Part shown: piece by piece, positions 24,784 through 32,000 of the stretch
Layout of the letters: the number at the start of each line of letters is the position of its first letter
Position numbering within the stretch: the first letter of the stretch is position 1
Origin: Promethearchaeota archaeon
GTDB taxonomy: Archaea; Asgardarchaeota; Hermodarchaeia; Hermodarchaeales; Hermodarchaeaceae
DNA length: 32,000 bases
Reading direction: 5' to 3'
Assembly (NCBI GenBank): GCA_048938295.1
Contig: JBHLMI010000010.1
Coordinates: 1-32,000 of the forward strand
Notes under the pieces: generated by a model
The model's input: only the letters and a program-made list of their open reading frames with translations
Databases searched by the model: none
Told to the model about the DNA's origin: nothing
Translations under genes and position numbers: made by a program

Positions 24784-27700
24784 TTGGTTGGAGTTGTTGT
24801 TCCTGCGTGACAAACCGCAGATTGCCTCCGGTTAAGGAGTTGTATAGACTGGCAAAGGCATTCAATGTGGAGAGAGCGAGATTATAGCTAACGGGGTGAT
24901 CACTGTAGCGGGCTTCTTCGACACCCCGAATGAAGACCTCCATATTTCGGGAGTCTAAGCGGCCATGGGCAACAGTGAGATTGGCGAACTCTCGTACTGT
25001 TATACTAGGGTCACGATAGATTCCAAGTTTAGCCTGAATGATAGCTTCATACATACGGAAGGCGTAGATGATGGCTTCCCGGTATTTCTTATCTGTCAGA
25101 AGCTGACGAAGGGCTGTCAACATCGCTGCTGCATCTATTGATGGTGCAGTAGGTTGCCGAGGATGGCGTTTCCAGTAGCGATAGCCAAGAAAGGCAACAA
25201 TCACAATGACAATGATTATGACTATAGCAAAAATCCATTCAAGGGGAATTGGTAGGGATGGTGGTGGTTGCATGGGTTGTTCTGCCTCCACAATTATGTT
25301 CCTTACAGATGAGTTAAGGGTAATTATCGTTTCGTGCCGGAGCTGTAAGGCATAGGTTTCATCGTTGATTCCTGAAGGTCTGAATCTAATCAGGAACCCG
25401 ACGTGACCATATTGATCTGATGCAGTGGAAATGTTACTCGTTCCATTAACGAAGAGTTGGATATCTCGGTTAGGAAGGGAACGTCCAAAATTATCGACAA
25501 GGGAACCATTTACCTGAATGCTTTCGTTCCAGGCAAAAGGTCCCGCGGGAACATCAATCAGTAGTGTGGCGTTTGAGAAGATGTCAAGAAGCTCAGAGTT
25601 ACCGCTGGCGCTATAATATTGAGTTCCAACATAGGTTACATCTAATGAGATGGTCGAAACGCTTGAAGGGATGGTTGTTGAAATCGGTAGAATAAATGAA
25701 AACGTGCCACCTGGTTGAGTTGAAACTGTTCCAATTGGGATGGAGGTGGCTACGTAGGAAATTGCTAGGTCAAGACCTTGTCCGGAAAGACCAATTCCTT
25801 GATCATCGATAAGTTGACCAATTAGAGTGACTGTTTCCCCCAGCAGCGCGGGGGAGGTATCAACCATCAGGTTCTGTATCACGGTTGATGAATTAATAAT
25901 GAAATAATCAAAGCTGGAGATGGCTATCAATGTTGCATGTACAACATCACCGGTGACCTCGCGAATACCCACCGGTTGGGTTCCTGGAAGCAAATAACTA
26001 ACTGAGTAAGATCCATTGGGAAAGGTTACAGTAGAAGCAACCTGACTTCCATTCAAAAAAATACGAACTGTCACGCCTCCTTGGCGGGTTCCATATTGAT
26101 CTTCAACGTAACCTGAAAAGAAAACAATATTTCCCCGTTGAGTGATATCGTCACCATCATCATCGTCGACATATACAACAATTGTGCCCTGTTGGTGCAC
26201 GAGGGCAGTGCTTGATGCCCGTGAACCGTACACGTATTGAGCACCTAAAAACCGGGCGCCAATGGTGACCTGTCCAATCGCCGTAGCGTTATAATCAAGG
26301 GAATAGTAGCCACCCCCATCAGTGCTTGCTGTGCCAGCAGGTGTTCCATTCCAATAAAGTAGAATGGTCTGTCCGGCAATTCCGGTGCCGTTGTCATATC
26401 TTAGTTGGCCTTGAAGTGTAGTATTACTGTTTAGCCGTACCGAATTCGGTTGTGCTTGGACGGTGAGCTGTGAGGTGGCAGTGACGTTTAATATTTCAAT
26501 TCCACTTGCCGTAGAATTTATGATACCTGGTAAAACAAATGCGGCTTGCACCTGCGTTGGACCTAAGGGTGTTTGAGAGAGAGGAATTGAGTAATCAATT
26601 GCGTAACGACCTAGTGCGTCAGTTAATGGTTGTGTGGCAATGGCGAAATTGAATAAGATATTGACTCCTGTGAAGCCCGTTTCATTAGCTGAAATCCCTC
26701 TGCCATTAACGGCATCGGTTAATGTACCATTGATATGAACGAATGTACTTCGGTTTGCTTCCAATGGGGCAACGGATATCGATAGATTTGCTGCACCATG
26801 AAGTGCGGTGACGTTATATGCTCTCAAAGCGATGAATTCTGCGCTGAGTAAGTGGCCACCAACGATGGCTGAATTGTTATACTCGAAGGTTATACTCGCT
26901 AAGCCAAGAGCCGAGGTTACACTGGCTCCCAGGAACCATTGTTCGGTTTCATCATAGAATGAAATCGTCTCACCAGCTTGGGGGACGCCATCCTCGGTAA
27001 GAGTTGCACTGATTTGAAATAGCTGAAATCGGTTGACAATTAGTGAAGAAACGTTGACGGTCAGGTTCAAGTAACTACTCACAACCCAGGGATCCTCATC
27101 GGGCACAACAGGAGTGGGAGACTGGTTTGGTGGATTGGGTATTGGTGGAGGACTGCCGTCGGTGATGAAGCTGGGTAACGGGGTGGGGTCAAATTGGATC
27201 CAATAGCCCGTTGTAGCGGTTGGAATATACACTTCGACCCAAAAATGAAGGTGCATCAGACGCAGTACTCTTTGACTCCCCTGGTCTTCTCCCAGTACTG
27301 CTCCAAATACCGGTCGGGCGGCAATGCCTGCTTCACGGAGAAACATTGTATAAGCGGTGGCGAAGTCAATACCGATGCCTCCGCCTTGCTGGAGAAACCA
27401 TTCAACATGCTCATCGGTCGAACTAGGTCGTGGAACAAACGGATCAAAGGCGAAACTTGCTTTGAAATAGTTCTGAATGGCGAAAGCCTGCTCGAAGGCT
27501 GTATTGGGTACTCCAGCAAGTATCGACGATAACCGTGTCTGCACATCCGAACGGGTAGAGGCACTCATCATTGTAAGTCCTTGCTGTTGATACTGGGCGA
27601 GAATGGGAGCTGGAGTCGAACTACTTGGGAGCGATTGTGGACGGATTAGCGTCCAATTTCGGGGAAGGTAAGTAACTTGATATTGCAGGGTTGCAGTTCC

Positions 27701-28264
27701 CGTTTGGGAGAAGAATCCGTTGAAAAGGGCAGTTCCGAACTCATCAACCTCAAGGTTATAGGAACTAGGATCGGATAGATTGGGAAATTGAAGGGACTGG
27801 TCTATAATTCGTGGTTCTGGCCACAACGATAAGAGTGGAAATGTTCCTATGGGACCCTGATTGGTAATATTTTGGGTTATCGTATACACCGTTTCAGCTG
27901 CGGGGGTAACCATCGGAAGTGGCAGGGTGGCGTTTGTACTCTTTTCCCAATCGGTTCCCATATATCGGTCATATGCTGTATTTCGCCAATAACGGGGTGG
28001 ATCCGCCGGTGAGACAATGGCAACAATGAAAGTTGGATCAATTGACCAGTTTAGGTCTAAGGTAACATCATCAAGTGTAATGTTATCAAGGATGGTGTCG
28101 TCTCCCCCTTCTACTGTCACCCCAGTTCCCCAATCGGGGATGTCATCGAATGGTCGTTGTCGAGGAATAGGTGGCACAAAAATAAGTGGCAAAAGAAAAC
28201 TAAGAATAAACATTAGGATAATGGCTACGGAAATAGCTGCCACTATAGTCCGCTTGGAAACCAC
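24758..28264 (-). CDS. Large surface protein: transglutaminase-like domain (catalytic Cys replaced by Gly), ~6 Ig-like repeats, TM helix, DUF4129-like tail
   Basis: N-terminal signal anchor; YWRNTAYDRY; GIGIDFATAYTMFLREAGIAARPVFG..HFWVEVY..WIQFDPTP; ~100-aa beta repeats; TM WIFAIVIIIVIVIVAFLGY; SITVREFA..EEARYS. Confidence 0.9.
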   Translation of the reverse strand: MVSKRTIVAAISVAIILMFILSFLLPLIFVPPIPRQRPFDDIPDWGTGVTVEGGDDTILDNITLDDVTLDLNWSIDPTFIVAIVSPADPPRYWRNTAYDRYMGTDWEKSTNATLPLPMVTPAAETVYTITQNITNQGPIGTFPLLSLWPEPRIIDQSLQFPNLSDPSSYNLEVDEFGTALFNGFFSQTGTATLQYQVTYLPRNWTLIRPQSLPSSSTPAPILAQYQQQGLTMMSASTRSDVQTRLSSILAGVPNTAFEQAFAIQNYFKASFAFDPFVPRPSSTDEHVEWFLQQGGGIGIDFATAYTMFLREAGIAARPVFGAVLGEDQGSQRVLRLMHLHFWVEVYIPTATTGYWIQFDPTPLPSFITDGSPPPIPNPPNQSPTPVVPDEDPWVVSSYLNLTVNVSSLIVNRFQLFQISATLTEDGVPQAGETISFYDETEQWFLGASVTSALGLASITFEYNNSAIVGGHLLSAEFIALRAYNVTALHGAANLSISVAPLEANRSTFVHINGTLTDAVNGRGISANETGFTGVNILFNFAIATQPLTDALGRYAIDYSIPLSQTPLGPTQVQAAFVLPGIINSTASGIEILNVTATSQLTVQAQPNSVRLNSNTTLQGQLRYDNGTGIAGQTILLYWNGTPAGTASTDGGGYYSLDYNATAIGQVTIGARFLGAQYVYGSRASSTALVHQQGTIVVYVDDDDGDDITQRGNIVFFSGYVEDQYGTRQGGVTVRIFLNGSQVASTVTFPNGSYSVSYLLPGTQPVGIREVTGDVVHATLIAISSFDYFIINSSTVIQNLMVDTSPALLGETVTLIGQLIDDQGIGLSGQGLDLAISYVATSIPIGTVSTQPGGTFSFILPISTTIPSSVSTISLDVTYVGTQYYSASGNSELLDIFSNATLLIDVPAGPFAWNESIQVNGSLVDNFGRSLPNRDIQLFVNGTSNISTASDQYGHVGFLIRFRPSGINDETYALQLRHETIITLNSSVRNIIVEAEQPMQPPPSLPIPLEWIFAIVIIIVIVIVAFLGYRYWKRHPRQPTAPSIDAAAMLTALRQLLTDKKYREAIIYAFRMYEAIIQAKLGIYRDPSITVREFANLTVAHGRLDSRNMEVFIRGVEEARYSDHPVSYNLALSTLNAFASLYNSLTGGNLRFVTQEQQLQPNGQPTESG

Positions 28265-28516
28265 TTGACGCCACCAACTGAAACAAAGGTTCGACCAACA
28301 TAAACTTTGCTAGATTCGATGAATACCCCTCACTTTTTTTGAAGTTTGAGAGTTCACCGAACGTTTTTCAGTCTTATAAGCTAAAGATTGGAAAAAGCAC
28401 TTTCACAGTTGTTACGAGGTGTTTTTCTGCAAAATTTCTGGCATGATCTCTATAAGGCGGTTGGGAATCACCGAAAGTCATCTGAAACAGAAGCTGAGTT
28501 ACGCTTAACCGGGTTA

Positions 28517-29140
28517 ATGACATCGCCTGGATCGGATGTGGCCAAGGTGAAGTTAGGTCAATACCTACAAGAAGCTGCAAACCTTCGGGAGAAAAAACGG
28601 CATAAAGATGCGCTAGTCTTTGTCCTTGTCAGCGGAGATTATTATTGGCGGCAACACCAGCCCACAAGAGCCGCTGGACTCTTACTCGAGGCGAGTGACC
28701 TGTTCTACTTAGTCCAAAAACGAGATGTAAGCTTACGCTGCTTAAGGGCCGCATTGGATTTAATGGCTCCGAGAAGGCAATTATCTTGGTGGGAAAGTGA
28801 GTTGATTGGGAACATCTTTCTGCTTGTTGCGTGTTTAACAATAATCGTTGATTCACTCTCTCTGAAGACACAGCTCAATAGTTTTCACAATGTTCTGTCA
28901 AAGAAAAAGCAAGCACGGCTTCGACGGGAAGATGGTTATCGAATAGCGGTCGCTTTGCGACGCGCTATTAGCCGTAAATCCCTTATTCCCATCGATGACT
29001 TAGACATGAAGACGCCATTACGAAGTCGATCAGATTATACAACCCTCTATGAGCATTTACAAGACATGTCAGAACGATACGTAATAATCCACGACGGGTT
29101 AGTCACATTACAGAGTGAAACCCAATCGGAGGCTAACTAA
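28517..29140 (+). CDS. Hypothetical alpha-helical TPR/SNAP-like protein
   Basis: 207-aa ORF ending 2 nt before thrC, with paired-helix pattern ([21 protein letters not shown]). ATG 28517 preferred because a TATA-like CTATAA sits at ~28450; TTG 28388 is the alternative. Confidence 0.75.
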   Translation: [207 protein letters not shown]

Positions 29141-29142
29141 CC

Positions 29143-30405
29143 ATGTCATATGTAACTCATCTCAGCTGTCCAAAATGTGGAAGCAAATACGAAGAATCCC
29201 AGAATCCACTCATCTGTGAAACTCACGAATGTAACGCACGTATTGATGTCCACTACGATTTCGAACAACTCAAAGAAATTATAACCAAAAGAGAATTGAC
29301 TAAGCGCCCTCTTAGAGTATGGAGTTACTCTGAACTACTTCCCGTTAAAGATCAATCAAACATAATCAGCTTGGGTGAGGGAGGTACGCCTCTCCTCCGT
29401 AGCAAGCGTCTTGCTGAATACCTGGGGCTGCGTGAACTCTACATTAAGGATGAAACACGTAATCCTACATGGTCATTCAAAGATCGACCTATGACTGTTG
29501 GTGTTTCGAAAGCCAAAGAGCACGGTGCAACAACTCTTGCTTCGGCAAGTAGTGGAAATGCAGCTGCCGCATTGGCGGCATATTGTGCCCGTGCAGGATT
29601 TACCTGCTATTGTTTTGTACCGGATATTGCGCCCATGGGGAAAATCGCTCAACTACTCCTATACGGAGCAAAAGTTGTACGCCTCCGTGGATTGCACAAA
29701 GGCGACGATCCCACAGTCAAACTCTTACGGGAAGCCTGCAGCACTTATGGCTGGACTCCTTGCCCAAGCTTTGGACCTTTCAATCCATACCAAGCCGAAG
29801 GTACGAAGACCCTAGCATACGAAATCATTGAGCAACTCGACTGGAACATCCCCGACATAGCCTATGTTCAAGTGGGAGCTGGTGGACTACTCGGTGGTCA
29901 ATGGCGCGGCTTCACTGATTTTGAAACCCTTGGGATAGTAAAGAATCACCCTCGTATGCTTGCTGTTCAAGCCACTGGATGTGCTCCACTTGTTCAAGCC
30001 TATGATACTAATCAGAATCCTTTCAAGATTGTCCCTTGGGATTCGCCTCATAGCGTCGCTGAAGGATTATGTGATCCTTTTCCCTGGGATGGTGATCTTG
30101 CTCTTAAAGCAGTGCGAGATTCGAAAGGTTCTGCCATAGCGGTTGAAGATGACACGATTCTTCACGCACAAGAATTGCTCGCAAAGTATGAAGGGATTTT
30201 TGCAGAGCCTTCTGGGGTTACTGGACTCGCAGGTCTACTTGTTCAACTTGAATCAGGTGTCCAGGATCCCTCAGAATGCATTCTAATTGAAGCAACCGGT
30301 GGTGGATTAAAAGACCAAGATGTAGTCATTCAACGAATTGAAATACCACCAGTCATTGACCCGGATCTCAACGAGCTTCGTCGAGCGATGGGTCTTGAAG
30401 TGTAG
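29143..30405 (+). CDS. thrC: Threonine synthase (PLP-dependent, fold type II)
   Basis: N-terminal CxxC, ISLGEGGTPL, KDETRNPTWSFKDR, SASSGNAAAALAAY, EGTKTLAYEI, GIFAEPSG. Confidence 0.88.
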   Translation: MSYVTHLSCPKCGSKYEESQNPLICETHECNARIDVHYDFEQLKEIITKRELTKRPLRVWSYSELLPVKDQSNIISLGEGGTPLLRSKRLAEYLGLRELYIKDETRNPTWSFKDRPMTVGVSKAKEHGATTLASASSGNAAAALAAYCARAGFTCYCFVPDIAPMGKIAQLLLYGAKVVRLRGLHKGDDPTVKLLREACSTYGWTPCPSFGPFNPYQAEGTKTLAYEIIEQLDWNIPDIAYVQVGAGGLLGGQWRGFTDFETLGIVKNHPRMLAVQATGCAPLVQAYDTNQNPFKIVPWDSPHSVAEGLCDPFPWDGDLALKAVRDSKGSAIAVEDDTILHAQELLAKYEGIFAEPSGVTGLAGLLVQLESGVQDPSECILIEATGGGLKDQDVVIQRIEIPPVIDPDLNELRRAMGLEV

Positions 30406-30476
30406 AAAATGATGCAATAACGAAACACAGTTAAACGATTTTTGCCTGTGAAGCCTATTACAAGGAGCGAAATTGT

Positions 30477-32000
30477 GTGTGCGGCATATTCGCGATAACC
30501 AGCAACAAACGCAACGATATCGGTGAAATCCTCGTTGAATGCGCCGAGAAACTCACTTATCGTGGTTATGACACTGTTGGCATCGCGACTGTAGCAAAGA
30601 ATCGGATTCTCTTACGCAAAGACAAAGGCAAATTCGATGAAGTAGCAGAAAAGCTCCGGCTCAGTGAGATGCCAGGGTCAAAGGGAATCGCCCAACTCCG
30701 ATGGGCAACCTTTGGTTCCCCCAGTAAACTGAACGCTCAGCCTCATTTGGACTGTGACGAGGATTTATGTGCTGCACACAATGGTAACATCCTAAACTTC
30801 CTTCCCCTCCGAGAACAATACACCAAAGAAGGTCACATTGTTCGCAGCATGAACGATGGGGAGATTTGTGTACACGCTGTGGAACGATACTACGATCAGT
30901 CAGGCGACCTGATTGATGCCATTCGAAAAGGTTGTAATGACCTAAAGGGTGATTACGCATTTGCGGTAATGCACCGGGATGACGATAAAGTCTATGCTGT
31001 GAAGATGGGATCGAGTCTTTTTGCTGGTATCGGTGATGGGGAAACCTGTGTAAGCAGTGATCTTCCAAGCATTTTGCCTATCACTCGCAAAATTGTGAAC
31101 ATCCATGACGGAGAGATGGTCGTCCTAGCCCCTGAAACCCTTGAAATTCGTAGTATCTCCGAAGGGACAATTATTGAAAGAAATCCATACACCTCTGATG
31201 CAGATATCCGTGTAGCTCAGAAGGGTGGTTATCCTCATTTCATGCTCAAGGAAATCCATGAACAAGTTAGTGCGACTCGGACTCTCTTCAGCGCCATCCG
31301 TGAACCCTACATCAGTCAATTCGTAGATACGCTCATCGAAGCAAGCCGCGTCTTTTTCATAGCTTGCGGTTCCAGCTACCATGCAGCAATTGTTGGAAGT
31401 TATTACTTCAATGATTTAACGAATATTGCCGTCATTCCAGTCATTGGAGGTCAATTCAATTCACTTTATGGCGAATCTATCGATCAAAAAGACGTTGTTG
31501 TCTGCGTCAGTCAAAGCGGGGAAACAAAGGATGTCATTGATGCAGTCCATCATTCACGGAAAAAGAACGCTAAAATCCTAAGCATAGTCAATGTGTTAGG
31601 GTCAACTCTAACTCATCTAAGTGATCTCTATCTGCCTTTAGGTTCAGGCTTTGAAATTAGCGTTCCTGCCACAAAAACCTACACCAGTCAAATCACCCTC
31701 TTTGACTTCTTAGCAATCCAAGCAGGACGCAAGAAAGGTGTGCTAAAAGAAAATCAAGCTGAATCCCTGTTAAATGCGTTGAAAACCCAACTTTCTCCTC
31801 TCATCGAAGAAACCATTTCAACAACGACTCTGAAGGCAAGATCGCTTGCTCCGTATCTGTCAAAGTTCTCCCACTTTTATGTGCTGGGACATGGCTTAAC
31901 ACATGGTGTGGCCTTAGAAGGTGCACTGAAAATCAAAGAGGTCTGCTACATCGTAGCAGATGGTATGTACTCCAGTGAATTCAAACACGGTCCGCTCAGC
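30477..32000 (+). CDS. glmS: Glutamine--fructose-6-phosphate aminotransferase (GlmS), 3'-truncated by the window edge
   Basis: Not in the ORF track because it runs off the end. GTG-TGC-GGC-ATA (MCGI) follows a GGAG SD. Motifs YRGYD, RWAT, HNGNI, YPHFMLKEIHEQ, ACGSSYHA, SQSGET, ALEGALKIKE, EFKHGP. I translated it by hand with no stop to 32000. Confidence 0.95.
   Translation, partial: MCGIFAITSNKRNDIGEILVECAEKLTYRGYDTVGIATVAKNRILLRKDKGKFDEVAEKLRLSEMPGSKGIAQLRWATFGSPSKLNAQPHLDCDEDLCAAHNGNILNFLPLREQYTKEGHIVRSMNDGEICVHAVERYYDQSGDLIDAIRKGCNDLKGDYAFAVMHRDDDKVYAVKMGSSLFAGIGDGETCVSSDLPSILPITRKIVNIHDGEMVVLAPETLEIRSISEGTIIERNPYTSDADIRVAQKGGYPHFMLKEIHEQVSATRTLFSAIREPYISQFVDTLIEASRVFFIACGSSYHAAIVGSYYFNDLTNIAVIPVIGGQFNSLYGESIDQKDVVVCVSQSGETKDVIDAVHHSRKKNAKILSIVNVLGSTLTHLSDLYLPLGSGFEISVPATKTYTSQITLFDFLAIQAGRKKGVLKENQAESLLNALKTQLSPLIEETISTTTLKARSLAPYLSKFSHFYVLGHGLTHGVALEGALKIKEVCYIVADGMYSSEFKHGPLS

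Noticed and set aside
28440-28500. Possible C/D box sRNA (ATGATCT ... CTGA ... CTGA)
   Set aside because: Poor C box, no C' box, no terminal stem, and it overlaps a probable promoter.
1784-31382. Many 60-140 aa alternative-frame or antisense ORFs (e.g. 1784-2173, 2055-2462, 8573-8983, 14401-14820, 16807-17211, 18501-18908, 30661-31068)
   Set aside because: All lie within highly conserved genes and show no protein motifs; they are shadow ORFs.
30477-32000. Apparent gene gap or pseudogene at the end of the window
   Set aside because: An intact glmS frame runs to the edge; it is missing from the track only because no stop codon falls inside the window.
1-32000. CRISPR arrays, rRNA, IS elements or transposases, integrases, an intein in RtcB
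   Set aside because: No regularly spaced repeats, rRNA signatures, transposase or integrase motifs were seen, and RtcB is of normal length with a contiguous DINCG.

Overview
Gene-dense archaeal core-genome window. The 11-aa GEFEAGVGAGG insertion in EF-1alpha places it in TACK/Asgard; finer placement is not possible from sequence alone. Order: 5'-truncated RNA polymerase Rpo1C (RpoA'') carrying a 540-aa LAGLIDADG intein, then rpl30e, nusA, rps12, rps7, tuf (no fusA), rps10 and a hypothetical membrane protein. Next is a minus-strand block (intron-containing tRNA-Ser(UGA), archease, rtcB, SPOUT methyltransferase), followed by rpl3, rpl4, rpl23 and rpl2, where the ribosomal cluster stops. Then gcvPA/gcvPB, a divergent solitary ECF S-component, a thermosome subunit and a QueD/PTPS-family gene. 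A five-gene minus-strand MoxR system follows (transglutaminase-like/Ig-repeat surface protein with its catalytic Cys replaced by Gly, DUF4350, MoxR, DUF58, multi-pass membrane protein). The window ends with a divergent SNAP/TPR-like helical protein, thrC and a 3'-truncated glmS that the ORF track omits. I saw no CRISPR array, rRNA or IS element. Best leads: the alpha-SNAP-like protein next to the MoxR membrane system, the catalytically altered transglutaminase, the tRNA gene beside its own splicing ligase, a K-turn over the rpl30e start codon, and a structured rpl3 leader. All family calls come from motif recognition by eye; no database search was run.
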